Below are positions 11,501 through 21,284 of a stretch of 64,000 bases of DNA, one piece after another; position 1 is the first letter of the stretch; each line of letters begins with the position of its first letter. The notes beneath the pieces were generated by a model. It did not search any database and had not been told where the DNA came from. It saw only the letters and a program-made list of their open reading frames with translations. The position numbers and the translations under genes were made by a program. The stretch lies in the IMG/VR virus record IMGVR_UViG_3300017917_002374, positions 290,960 to 354,959 of that record. One strand, written 5' to 3'.

Positions 11501-12539
11501 GGCTCTCAACGACAATCTCAACGACTGCTATGCCAAGTGCGTGAGCATACAGGGCAATGTGCTGGCAGTGTCACACCACAACAGCGGTAATGGTGTCACA
11601 GTGATCAGCAAGCTGGACACCAGTGGCAATGTAAAATGGCAGCGCAGAACCTACAGCATTGACGACAGTTCAGTGGTGGTAGATACCAATGGCGATATCT
11701 ATGCCGTGGTTGAAGCCAACTTTGAAAATAAATTTAACGATGTGGCCAAGGTTATTCGTTTCAACAGTGTGGGCGAAGTGATCTGGCGCAAGTTCATTGG
11801 ACATCTGTCATATGAATACGGCGCAGCCAGCCTGAGATTCAAGAACGGTCGCAACCTAACTCTGGATGCAGATCACCTGTACATTTCAGGCTACACCTAT
11901 GCTCAGGCAGACAACTATCGTAACGGTGTCGTGATAAAGATTCCCAAGAGCGGAGATTTTGACGGCTACTACGGCAACTGGGCCTTGCAGCAGGAAAATT
12001 ATGATGTGGACCGTGTGTACTCCACAGAAGCTACCACATTCACTCCAGTGATTGGTACAGGTAACTTTGAAAACTGGTCACCAGATTTTGAAACACAATG
12101 GTGGGATCCTAGCAACGACGACTACTATCATACACTGTGGGAAATTGCAGATCGTGATGGCGGTGCTATTGAATTTGCCGACGGCACACGACAGACTCGT
12201 AGTGCTCAGATGATTCCGCAGAAGCGTATTGACAATGGCCTGGATCACAGACTCACACTAGAAGACATGGGCGGCCACATCTACTTTACCAATGTCAGCG
12301 GCAGTGTTGTGCATGTGCCCTATAACAATGACAATCCCTTGCCCATTGGTTTTACCGTGGTAATCGTAAACAACAGCGGCGGTACAGTAAACATTGATGC
12401 AGATGGCGGCGGGATTGACATCATTGTGCCAGGTCAAAGCACAGCACAGTATTGGGACCTTGAGAATTATGGCATGGCCACACTGTTAAAAGTAGCCAAC
12501 GATATCTGGTTTCTAACTGGCAATGTAACGGAAGATTAA
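8550..12539 (+). CDS. tail fibre/adhesin with Mtd_N/hyaluronidase-N-like head and beta-propeller repeats
   Basis: RIKFRRDTAANW...GEPGFEQDTNKLKIGDG; repeated K.DSSG...W.K/R blades; 1329 aa. Confidence 0.75.
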   Translation: MTTRIKFRRDTAANWTAENPVLALGEPGFEQDTNKLKIGDGETAWSGLDYASGGSDSLTSDHNIAITVGNTEYFAIVNRTNPDGDNGVDASAVAYDSEGNLITLHVSETYNTVTDDNIDQLIISKFSSTGATLWQKEIDQDIDPDTVHDVAIDADDNIIVAASVDNGEDSDSIVLIKMNSSGTVLWQKNYQGGADTFLEVGAIAINGDHVFVSGYYNDDTIAGDDSGYLMKVLVSNGSMIWAKSFDTGASFTKMFGMDVGADGHPVMVGTGGTVGPNGAAVIKLSGTNGDVLWGATLFDSENLDIEYNGGDVVVDSQNNVYVSVNTYQDIVHDDGNNTGVTIAYVSKINSSGTRQWTRRIGPGPCASVATGIDCDDSGNVYLSALTVAQKNPNREANNYYDTAINVLAMAKYSTAGAVLWQRYIECDGYWFDASSDETGAPPGFYNNGLNRGRNLSLGPNGKLAVQVSVRKKDADDNVWDSNYNESVTFQIDQDGREMTVGSGSEKFAVKASRIPGKFIAPDYTLADLEANPLPISSVTNDITVTTSAVTFSDGILAQQVAKSAPYEYVFGNDGTLTIPNDGDLKLVQTQLGWISIFGPIKNNDDNIDIRASVVDPADGSVYAVGESDDYSTGFLTRYNSAGQLLWSIRFSDNTDGYNNRANAVRIHPVSGNVMVLLEYYGSYDYTLIVEVDPDTAKVVNSFGIRDLGDSGDALAYDFAFTSSANVAIVGRKWDEWRQQSVTPLVSSTTDFLVFNASDIQGDAITNSFYVSGTGIEGRYNVAQVNRHEGLTGNTSGSGSSFVFGIYKNSSDSTNYNQSSYFITTAGNNYQINDTITVLGTELYGNTPANDLTVTVTNVDGSGGVTAIDLAGTQQNSTINVWTNGLGVNFGGVGSWTIDNNLSGEAYVLSANTAANATVSWSKLLSAGSNNDTERYFSVVVGADNSIYAAGEMISRHDAAGGDLNSYWCAVISKFDSAGNHQWTKALNDNLNDCYAKCVSIQGNVLAVSHHNSGNGVTVISKLDTSGNVKWQRRTYSIDDSSVVVDTNGDIYAVVEANFENKFNDVAKVIRFNSVGEVIWRKFIGHLSYEYGAASLRFKNGRNLTLDADHLYISGYTYAQADNYRNGVVIKIPKSGDFDGYYGNWALQQENYDVDRVYSTEATTFTPVIGTGNFENWSPDFETQWWDPSNDDYYHTLWEIADRDGGAIEFADGTRQTRSAQMIPQKRIDNGLDHRLTLEDMGGHIYFTNVSGSVVHVPYNNDNPLPIGFTVVIVNNSGGTVNIDADGGGIDIIVPGQSTAQYWDLENYGMATLLKVANDIWFLTGNVTED

Positions 12540-12542
12540 ACC

Positions 12543-15002
12543 ATGCCAATCACACAGGTCCTACTAACTTCAACTGTCACAGCGGCTCCACCTCCACCTC
12601 CTCCGCCCACACCTGATGGGCAGTACTACAGTGATGAAACACTGTTGACCTGGGGCAGTGTGGGAGTGGGACAAAACAAGCCCTCATACAATTCCAGTTA
12701 CAGCTATCCAGACAATACAACTGTTGCACCAATTTGGGATTTCAATGGCACCAACCAGTATATGACCACTCAGGTGACCAATGGATACACACAGATATAC
12801 ATGAACCTGTGGTTCTATCCCACTGCTGCTGGTCGTGTTATTATGACCATACAAGGGTCATTGGTAGAAGACTCAGGATATACTCACTCAGCACTGGAGA
12901 TAGCTGCCAACCAAACTGTGATTGGTGCTTTCTGGGCCGGCATGAATCTAGTGAGTGTTAACACAGCCAACTCAGTCACACTCAATGCCTGGAATCATAT
13001 CTATTTTAGACAGAATGCCAATGAGATACTGTTACAGTTAAACGGCGGCACAGCGGTCACGGCCAACAACACTTGGTCGTTGCCCACGCCTGCAATGGTA
13101 ATAGGTATTGGAACTACCTCATCAATGAACAGTGGATACAGTGCGAGATTTGAAGGCAGCCTGGCAGAGTTCCGCATGAACTCAACCAACACGCCCAGCA
13201 ACTACACTTTCACTAGAACCAAGTATGAAGCACCGCAGCAGGTTATCTATGATGACTTTACCATTGAGTGGTGGCAGAAAGCAGAATCCATTGGTGTGAA
13301 TACTCGTCCCTGGGCCATTGGCTTGTTGGGATCCGCATCTGGTCAGGTAGTATCAATCAGTTATGAAGGCAACGGTCGTGACTATTTCTGGATCAACGAC
13401 AGCTTCCCTGCTCAACTGGCAGACAGACCTGTGAAGAATCACTATGGCATTGGTTGGGAACACATGGCCATAGTGCGCAAAGACAATGTGATTAAACTGT
13501 ACAGCAATGGTACCAGTTATCTGACCTGGGCAGGCGGCGGACAAGCCATAACAGCAACCAACGCAGACCTAGTGGTAGGCACAGGTGAGATACCCAACGG
13601 CAACTTCCAAGGTTGGATCAAAGACCTGCACATCATCAAAGGCTACGCAAAATATAATGCCAACTTCTCAGTGCCAGTATTGCCCGTACAACCACAGACT
13701 GGTACTGTGTTCCTCCTGCCAGCCATGAGTTCTGGCACAGCATTTGATGATGTTGTAAGTTACAAGGCGGCTATACTGAGCAATACACCAACTTACAGTG
13801 AAGATGATCCATTTACATATCCAGGTGCTACATTCACTGCTATAGGATATGGTAATAATCTCATAACACCGGCGTCAACGCCACCTAATTTACGAGTTGG
13901 TCTCCTAGTCAGCGATGGAGCAGGGTGGAGCGACTATATCATTGATCCAAATTATTTTGGTAACCTACAGTTTTCAAGCCTACCAGCAAGCACACCGCCT
14001 GAACTTGTATACACTGTGTCTGAAGACTTAACCAGTGTCACACAAGGTACCAATACCTACGGTGGCAGTGGTCCTAATTGGAATGTAGACTACAGCAGTA
14101 CCAACTTCAATGTGGAACTGTTAAAAGTAAGAGTGGGCTGGACAGTGGCCTATGGTGAAGATATACTAGGCACAGTGACTGGCAATGCATATCTTATTAC
14201 ACCAGAAGTTATCAGAATAGGTGTAGATTTTGATCCTGGTACAGCAGGCGGTTTGACATTTACATATCTGCCTCCTACATATGGTGGTAGCATACGCTTT
14301 GACGCAGGTGACCGTATCAACTATGGCAGCAGTGTGGACTGGGCCTTTGACATAGACGCCATTACCACAGGCAACATCACACTGAATCTAGATGCCAATG
14401 ACATCAGCAGCTATACCGGCAGTGGTAGCACCTGGACTGATCTGTCAGGCAACAACAATGCCACCTTGATTGGCACTCCCTACTGGGACAACGGACCTCC
14501 GGCCTACTTTGAATTCAACGGTATCAATCAGTATGCCACTGTGCCTGGCACCAATATTGTGCCTGCTGCGGCCTATACCAAAATGGTATGGTTCCGTATC
14601 AACACATTCTCAGCAGACAACAACCTGATCAGCAGCGACAATGGTGGACACTTCATGTATTTCAATCAGACCACCACACTGTATGCTGGTCACAGCAATG
14701 TGTTCCCCTACAATGCGTTTGGTTCGGCCACAACCTTTAGCACCAACACCTGGTACTGTGCCACAGTCACATTCAGTGTGGCCAATGGTATCAAACTGTA
14801 TGTGAATGGTGTGTTAGACGCCAGCGACCCCAGCTACCAAACTCCACACAATCAAAACGGCAATACCAACATTGCCTGCTTTGGTATAGGTGGAAATCTG
14901 TTGAATGGTCGTATTGGACGCCTGATGTGCTATGGTAAAGAACTCACTGCACAGGAAGTGTTGAACAACTTCAACGCCACAAGAAATCGCTATGGTGTTT
15001 GA
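12543..15002 (+). CDS. LamG/concanavalin A-like lectin-domain virion protein
   Basis: N-terminal polyPro; repeated FNG..Y, W.H, LYVNG and G.IG...Y LamG motifs. Confidence 0.75.
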   Translation: MPITQVLLTSTVTAAPPPPPPPTPDGQYYSDETLLTWGSVGVGQNKPSYNSSYSYPDNTTVAPIWDFNGTNQYMTTQVTNGYTQIYMNLWFYPTAAGRVIMTIQGSLVEDSGYTHSALEIAANQTVIGAFWAGMNLVSVNTANSVTLNAWNHIYFRQNANEILLQLNGGTAVTANNTWSLPTPAMVIGIGTTSSMNSGYSARFEGSLAEFRMNSTNTPSNYTFTRTKYEAPQQVIYDDFTIEWWQKAESIGVNTRPWAIGLLGSASGQVVSISYEGNGRDYFWINDSFPAQLADRPVKNHYGIGWEHMAIVRKDNVIKLYSNGTSYLTWAGGGQAITATNADLVVGTGEIPNGNFQGWIKDLHIIKGYAKYNANFSVPVLPVQPQTGTVFLLPAMSSGTAFDDVVSYKAAILSNTPTYSEDDPFTYPGATFTAIGYGNNLITPASTPPNLRVGLLVSDGAGWSDYIIDPNYFGNLQFSSLPASTPPELVYTVSEDLTSVTQGTNTYGGSGPNWNVDYSSTNFNVELLKVRVGWTVAYGEDILGTVTGNAYLITPEVIRIGVDFDPGTAGGLTFTYLPPTYGGSIRFDAGDRINYGSSVDWAFDIDAITTGNITLNLDANDISSYTGSGSTWTDLSGNNNATLIGTPYWDNGPPAYFEFNGINQYATVPGTNIVPAAAYTKMVWFRINTFSADNNLISSDNGGHFMYFNQTTTLYAGHSNVFPYNAFGSATTFSTNTWYCATVTFSVANGIKLYVNGVLDASDPSYQTPHNQNGNTNIACFGIGGNLLNGRIGRLMCYGKELTAQEVLNNFNATRNRYGV

Positions 15003-15463
15003 TGTTTACACTCAGTCAAGTTGAAGTAGACCCTGGAGTGGCAGCGCAGGTTGTTGCTCTGTTTCAACAGCTGGATCGTGGACGCGGTGGTCCAATGGGC
15101 ACCTGGCACGGCCAGCGACTGCGTGACAATCCTTACCCATGGTTTCAATCCACCTTTGATCGTGTTACAGCGGCTCTGAGCCATCTGCGCATAGATGAAT
15201 GGTGGTTCAACTGTGGCCAGGCAGGCGACGAATATCGTTGGCACGAGCATGTGCCCTATCCTTGGGCTGCTGTGCTGTATGTTCAAACGCCAGAAAACTC
15301 TGGAGGCATAGAATTTCGCCGCCAGGAGGAGTATGCTGCATTTCAACCAGTAGCAGGTGATTTTCTGTTGTTTTCGGGTAATCTTGCTCACAGGGTTTTG
15401 CCCAATAAAAGTGCAGATTATAGAATAAGTGTGGCGTTCAACTTAACCTCCAGATCTAAATAA
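15002..15463 (+). CDS. 2OG-Fe(II) oxygenase (TIGR02466-like)
   Basis: WHEH, AAVLYV, GDFLLFSGNLAHRV, RISVAFN. Confidence 0.75.
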   Translation: MFTLSQVEVDPGVAAQVVALFQQLDRGRGGPMGTWHGQRLRDNPYPWFQSTFDRVTAALSHLRIDEWWFNCGQAGDEYRWHEHVPYPWAAVLYVQTPENSGGIEFRRQEEYAAFQPVAGDFLLFSGNLAHRVLPNKSADYRISVAFNLTSRSK

Positions 15464-15487
15464 ATAACATAATAATAGGTTAAAAAT

Positions 15488-18400
15488 ATGGCCAAGCAGA
15501 TACAATTACGTAGAGGAACCACACTAGAGCATAGCACATTTGTTGGTGCTGTAGGAGAAGTCACTGTAGATACCACAAAAGATGTAGTGGTAGTGCATGA
15601 TGGAATTACCAGTGGAGGCGTTCCTGGAGCAAGAGAGCAAGACATTTCAGCAGCAAATGCTGCTATTGCCACACTTACAGCAAACGTTGGGCTACTACGG
15701 GTTGACGTTAATGCTCTAGATCCGGGCGGCGCAGCAGCAGCCCAGGCACAGCTTAGAGCCAACATCACAGCAGCTAATGTAAAAATTTCCAATCTAGAAA
15801 GTAATGCTGTTGTACAAGCTGTACAAATTGCTGGATTGACAACGGACTTGGCCGGCGCCAATTCGTCTATAACCAGTTTGCAGATCTCGTTGGGCATTAC
15901 CAATAGTACTCTGGTACAATTACAAAATTCTGATACTGCGGTCAATGCAGCTATTGTGAGTCTAGAAACATTTGCATATTCAAATGCAGCCACACAGAAT
16001 TCTTTGATTAATGACCTAAGAGCCAACATCACAGCAGCCAATGCAGCCATACTGGTGAATACCGATCGTGTGACAGCAGCCAATATAGAAATTGCTGCGC
16101 TGAGAGCCAACATCACAGCAGCTAATGCTGAAATCACAAATCTTTACAGTAATGCATCTACACAATCCACACAGATTTCTAGCATCAACTCAAATGTGGC
16201 CGCAGCTAATGTTGGCATTGCACTAGGAGTCAGTAGAAGTATTGCAGCCAATGTTGAAATTGAAGCATTAAGAGGCAACATCACTGCGGCCAATGTACAG
16301 ATCGCTATTAATACCAATAGATCCATGGCAGCAAATATTGAAATTGGAAATTTAAGAGCCAATATAACTGCGGCCAATGCAGCCATAACCTCAGCTAACA
16401 CCTACAACATCAATTTAACCAACAGTACCTACACCACCTTGTTGGGTGGAGCAGATAGTAATTTTAACACCTTGAACAAACTGGCCAATGCGGTGGCTGG
16501 CGATCCTGCATACAGCAGCACAGTAAATGCTACCTTTGACAGTATTAGAGCAAACATCACTGCGGCCAATGCAGCCATACTGGTGAATACTAATCGGGTA
16601 ATAGCGGCCAACGCAGCAATTGTTCTAACGCAACAAGGTGTGGACGGTGCTAATACTCGTGTGGCAGCAGCCAATGTGCTGAACGCAGTAACCAATGCTA
16701 ATTTAACTGCGGCCAACGCACAGATAACCAATATCAGAAACGTGGTATCCAGTAATGGAAATGTCTACACCAGTAATGCAGTGATTGGTAATTTGTATCT
16801 AGACGATCACTTTTTTGCCAACGGCGCACAGTTTATTGCTAACTCAACCAATTGGCTGTATGTGGTTGAATCTCCTGATGATAGTGTAGCATACAACATA
16901 CCTTATATTGGTTCAGATCTTAACAGTACAGCAGTATCAGATTCATACAAACAGTTTTACAGTGATACAAACACACTAACATTTAACCCAGGACTGAATC
17001 TTTTATTATCTCCTAACATTAGCACTACCTCAAATGCGCAGGCCACATCAACTACCACTGGTGCTCTGAGAATCACCGGTGGAGCAAGCATTGCAATTGG
17101 TAATCTTTATATTGGTGGTAGTGCAGGAAGAAGTATCACAGCCACAGGTAATATTGTAGTAACTGGTGATGCCTCAACTGCGGCCAACACTGGTGCACTG
17201 GTAGTTGCTGGCGGTGTTGGGGTATCCGGTAATGTGAATATTGGTACATCGCTAGGATTGATCGGTGCAGGCGACCAAGCGTTCCGTATGGGACTAAACA
17301 GCCAAGGACAGTTGGAATTTGTTCCAAATCAAGTGGCCAGTGTGTCCGGCGGTGTTCCGGTACTGATCATTGATGACGATGGTGGTGCAATTTGGGCAAA
17401 CATTGCATTTGTAAGCAATTCAAATCTTTCAGTTACAGCCAGTACCGTGAGCTCTTCAAGTTCAACTGGTGCATTGCGAGTAACAGGCGGTGCTGGTATT
17501 GGCGGTTCATTGCATGCCGCAGGAAACATTGTGAGCGAAGCAACCACAGCAAGCACAGACGTTAGTACAGGTGCACTGATTGTTGCTGGTGGTGCTGGCA
17601 TTGGCGGAGCAATCAACATAGGCGGTATAGGAAAAATTACAGGCAATTTGGTAGCTGCTTCAACTACCAATAGCACCTCTACAACCACAGGTGCTCTAGT
17701 AGTAGCAGGCGGAGTAGGCATAGCCAACAGTGTGATTACCGGCGGCAATATAGTAGCCGCATCTGGAACAGAAAGCACAAACACAACCACAGGCGCCGTG
17801 GTAGTCACAGGCGGTGTGGGAATAGCAAACAGATTGAATGTTGGCGGAAACATTGTGGCATTGGCCACAACCACAAGCACAAACACAACCACAGGCGCCC
17901 TGGTAGTTGCAGGAGGTGTGGGTATTGGCGGAACAGTGGTTGCAGGCGGAAATATTGTGGCATCGGCTGCCACAGCCAGTGTGAATACTACTACAGGCGC
18001 ATTGGTAGTCACTGGGGGTGCGGGTATTGGTGGAGCCTTGCAAGTTGGTGGCAACGCAGTATTAGGCAGTGGCACTGCAACTTCTAGCACAACCACAGGA
18101 GCACTAGTAGTCACTGGTGGTATAGGACTCAGTGGTAACATTGTTGCTGGAGGCGGCATTGAAATTGCTGGAAACATTCTGTCAACTGCAGGACAAATTA
18201 GAGTTAGCACCGGAACAGAAAGTACCAGTACTAGTACAGGTGCACTGGTAGTTACGGGTGGTGCTGGTATTAGCGATAGATTAAATGTTGGCGGCAATGT
18301 GGTTATCACCAGTAGTGCAACCAGTACAGATACAACCACAGGAGCATTAGTAGTTGCTGGAGGAGTGGGTATTGGTGGCAATCTAGTGGTTGCTGGCAAT

Positions 18401-19633
18401 CTCAGTGTAGGTGGAGGCAGTTTGTCCAGCTTTGTTGCTGGCATGGACATGGTCAACTCTGCAGACAGTACCAGCGGTCATTATGTAAAACTGGCTACTA
18501 TTCCAGTTATGCAAGCAGCAGATGTTGCTGAAGTGGTAATCAGCTGTTTGGTTACTGGTAGATATCTACCAGCAATAGAAGCATATCGTGTGCTGGTACG
18601 AGCAGTTGGATCCAGTGCAACAGGTGCAGTTCCACAACTGTATGTGGAATCTTTATTAAACAATCAAACAAAGACAACTTTTAATGCTAGCGATTTTGTT
18701 TTAAGTTATAACGCCAGTACTTACGCAGCCTACGATTTATACTATCAGTTCAATGATGCAAATCAAAGATTATTTGCCAAATTTGATCTAGTCACCAGCG
18801 AGGACACAACCTATACTGGCAATTATTGGCAACTGTTAAGTGGTCAGACTACTTCTGCTTCGTTTACCAGTCTTGGAACCACATTGTCCGGTATTGAAAT
18901 GGGCAAGAGTGTAAGTAACCTCATTGTAAGTTACAGTGCCAGTGTTACTTCGGCCAACACATCAACATCTACCAGCACAGGTGCACTGGTAGTCACAGGT
19001 GGTGTAGGCATTGGTGATCGGTTGAATGTTGGCGGCAATGTGGTATTAACCAGCGGAACATCTAGTGCTAGTACTGTTACTGGTGCGCTAGTGGTGTCTG
19101 GCGGAATTGGAGCGTCTGGTAATATCATTGTTGCAGGCAATATTATCAGTCAAAGCACTTTTACCACACAGATAGCCGCAGGAGCCACTGCCACTCGTCC
19201 TGGCGCTCCAGCGGTTGGTATGATACGATACAATACCACATTGCAAAGTTACGAAGGGTATGGTGCCGGGGCAGCTTGGTCCAGTCTTGGAGGAGTTAAG
19301 TCAGTTTCTGGAAACGCTTATATCAGTGCAGAATTGTCAGCTGCCAGCGGCGACGATGTGTTAAGATTCTATTCAGGCAGTGCTGGCCCTAGTCAGCAGG
19401 TTGCTTATATGAGCGCCAGCAACGTTGGTATTATTATTAACACAGCAGCAACTAGTACCAGTACTGGAGCACTACAGGTTTCAGGTGGTATTGGTTTAGC
19501 AGGAAACTTATTTTCAGGTGGTAATGTGTATGTTCGTTCTAGAATTGGATTTACTTTTGGTGCAAACGCAACTAGTGCAGTTTATCAACAGTATAATCAG
19601 GCCACAAACAGTCTTGACACAATCTTTGGATAA
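15488..19633 (+). CDS. long tail fibre: Mtd_N-like head, LRANITAANA coiled-coil repeats, TGALVVxGGxG repeats
   Basis: QIQLRRGTT...GEVTVDTTKDVVVVHDG; internal repeats; GMIRYNT motif; 1381 aa. Confidence 0.8.
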   Translation: MAKQIQLRRGTTLEHSTFVGAVGEVTVDTTKDVVVVHDGITSGGVPGAREQDISAANAAIATLTANVGLLRVDVNALDPGGAAAAQAQLRANITAANVKISNLESNAVVQAVQIAGLTTDLAGANSSITSLQISLGITNSTLVQLQNSDTAVNAAIVSLETFAYSNAATQNSLINDLRANITAANAAILVNTDRVTAANIEIAALRANITAANAEITNLYSNASTQSTQISSINSNVAAANVGIALGVSRSIAANVEIEALRGNITAANVQIAINTNRSMAANIEIGNLRANITAANAAITSANTYNINLTNSTYTTLLGGADSNFNTLNKLANAVAGDPAYSSTVNATFDSIRANITAANAAILVNTNRVIAANAAIVLTQQGVDGANTRVAAANVLNAVTNANLTAANAQITNIRNVVSSNGNVYTSNAVIGNLYLDDHFFANGAQFIANSTNWLYVVESPDDSVAYNIPYIGSDLNSTAVSDSYKQFYSDTNTLTFNPGLNLLLSPNISTTSNAQATSTTTGALRITGGASIAIGNLYIGGSAGRSITATGNIVVTGDASTAANTGALVVAGGVGVSGNVNIGTSLGLIGAGDQAFRMGLNSQGQLEFVPNQVASVSGGVPVLIIDDDGGAIWANIAFVSNSNLSVTASTVSSSSSTGALRVTGGAGIGGSLHAAGNIVSEATTASTDVSTGALIVAGGAGIGGAINIGGIGKITGNLVAASTTNSTSTTTGALVVAGGVGIANSVITGGNIVAASGTESTNTTTGAVVVTGGVGIANRLNVGGNIVALATTTSTNTTTGALVVAGGVGIGGTVVAGGNIVASAATASVNTTTGALVVTGGAGIGGALQVGGNAVLGSGTATSSTTTGALVVTGGIGLSGNIVAGGGIEIAGNILSTAGQIRVSTGTESTSTSTGALVVTGGAGISDRLNVGGNVVITSSATSTDTTTGALVVAGGVGIGGNLVVAGNLSVGGGSLSSFVAGMDMVNSADSTSGHYVKLATIPVMQAADVAEVVISCLVTGRYLPAIEAYRVLVRAVGSSATGAVPQLYVESLLNNQTKTTFNASDFVLSYNASTYAAYDLYYQFNDANQRLFAKFDLVTSEDTTYTGNYWQLLSGQTTSASFTSLGTTLSGIEMGKSVSNLIVSYSASVTSANTSTSTSTGALVVTGGVGIGDRLNVGGNVVLTSGTSSASTVTGALVVSGGIGASGNIIVAGNIISQSTFTTQIAAGATATRPGAPAVGMIRYNTTLQSYEGYGAGAAWSSLGGVKSVSGNAYISAELSAASGDDVLRFYSGSAGPSQQVAYMSASNVGIIINTAATSTSTGALQVSGGIGLAGNLFSGGNVYVRSRIGFTFGANATSAVYQQYNQATNSLDTIFG

Positions 19634-19636
19634 TGC

Positions 19637-21250
19637 ATGAGTTACCTAGTCCATAGATTAACATCCACTGGTGATCTGATTCTTTATGAAGGAAGTTTAG
19701 ACGAAATTTCTTCTTCTAACATAAAGATCAGTGACACAGCTACTACATCGGCTGAATTTGACGAAGTTAGTCTAAACGGCGCATTAAATGGTGTTGTTAA
19801 AAAAGAATATTCTAATGGTAATTTGTCCATAGCAGGTACATTTAACGAACTTGAATACGAAAACGAGGAGGTTTACACTGTACCAGGCGTTTATTCTTGG
19901 ACATGCCCTTCTGGAATTTCGTCAGTAAGTGTGGTATGTATTGGTGCAGGTGGTGCAGGCGCAGCTCCTGGGCCTGGTGGTGCTGGTGGCGGACTACGAT
20001 ACATAAATGATCTTACAGTTACGCCAGGAACCACATATACCGTGATTGTTGGTGCCGGCGGGCTCGCTGGTAACGGTAATTCGCCTGGTGGGTACAGTGC
20101 ATTTGGATCTAATATTGTGTTTGCCACTGGAGGGGAATCTCTAACAGCAGGATCATTGCAAACTCCACTTGGCGGCACTGGAAGCACTATAGGTGGTAAT
20201 ATAGGTGGCGCCGACGGTGGTGCTGGTGGTGCTTATCGTGGTGCTCAAGGCGGCGGCGGTGGCGGAGGTGGTGCTGGTGGGTATTCCAGCAACGGAGGTG
20301 CTGGTGGTGCTGGTGGAACATTTTCCCCACTAACTAACGGAGTTTCAGGACAGAACAGCACAAACGGTGGTGCTGGCGGCTCTGGTGGTAGCGGAGAATA
20401 TGCTGGTAATCCAAATGGACGAGGCGGCGGAGCAGGTGGTGGTGTAGGCGTATTTGGATTGTCAGGTACCACAGCCACGGGTGGAAATGCAGATGCCTTT
20501 GGTAACGGTGTTGGGGGGCTTGGAGGATCAGCTGGTACTAGCGGAGCAAACTATACTGGATCACAAACTGCTGCGGGTGGATTATACGGTGGTGGCGGTG
20601 GTGGCGGTGCTATAGCAGGACATGGTGGGCCTGGAGCAAATGGTGCAGTGAGAATCATGTGGAGTTTGAGACAATTAAACAGACAATTTCCAAGCCTCAA
20701 TACCAAGCGTATTTTGACTAATGAAATAATGAATACAGCTTTAGTCTCAGGGGTGACAGGTAGTTATAGTTTAGATTGGAAAACATCACTAAGACATCGG
20801 GTGGCGGTGGAGTTTAATAGTGTTGAAGATATTAGAAATTTTTTCAAGCTAGGCGGCAGTATTCGTATTGATGCCGGAGCATCGGGCGGGGGAATTATTG
20901 GATCTAAAACCAGCGATTGGCTTACTTTTCTTTCTGCTGTGCAGCCAGTCAGTTACACTGCAAGCAGTTTTCGTAGAGGCGGAAATCTAGTTGTAAGATC
21001 CAAAACTTTTGTAGGAGGCTATTATAGTGCCAACTATATTCAAGCATGGGGCGAGTTAGTTAATGATACCACTATAGTTATGACAGCAATTTTTGATGAT
21101 GCATCCGTACAAACCGGACTTGGCGGCTCTGCATTTGACGAATTTGTAAGTGGAATCTCTGTTACAAGCACCGTGGATTATTTAAGACCAGTGGGTGGAA
21201 TTACTGGCCCGGCTCCGACTTTTACTACAATTTACAGTTTAGGACCGTAA
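19637..21250 (+). CDS. glycine-rich virion protein
   Basis: WTCPSGISSVSVVCIGAGG...GANGAVRIMW glycine-rich domain within the fibre cluster. Confidence 0.65.
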   Translation: MSYLVHRLTSTGDLILYEGSLDEISSSNIKISDTATTSAEFDEVSLNGALNGVVKKEYSNGNLSIAGTFNELEYENEEVYTVPGVYSWTCPSGISSVSVVCIGAGGAGAAPGPGGAGGGLRYINDLTVTPGTTYTVIVGAGGLAGNGNSPGGYSAFGSNIVFATGGESLTAGSLQTPLGGTGSTIGGNIGGADGGAGGAYRGAQGGGGGGGGAGGYSSNGGAGGAGGTFSPLTNGVSGQNSTNGGAGGSGGSGEYAGNPNGRGGGAGGGVGVFGLSGTTATGGNADAFGNGVGGLGGSAGTSGANYTGSQTAAGGLYGGGGGGGAIAGHGGPGANGAVRIMWSLRQLNRQFPSLNTKRILTNEIMNTALVSGVTGSYSLDWKTSLRHRVAVEFNSVEDIRNFFKLGGSIRIDAGASGGGIIGSKTSDWLTFLSAVQPVSYTASSFRRGGNLVVRSKTFVGGYYSANYIQAWGELVNDTTIVMTAIFDDASVQTGLGGSAFDEFVSGISVTSTVDYLRPVGGITGPAPTFTTIYSLGP

Positions 21251-21284
21251 ATGCAAGTTGTTTATTTTTTGAATAAGTAATATT

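Noticed and set aside
4031-19633. Diversity-generating retroelement targeting the Mtd_N fibres
   Set aside because: No reverse transcriptase and no template/variable repeat pair with adenine-specific mismatches was seen in the window.
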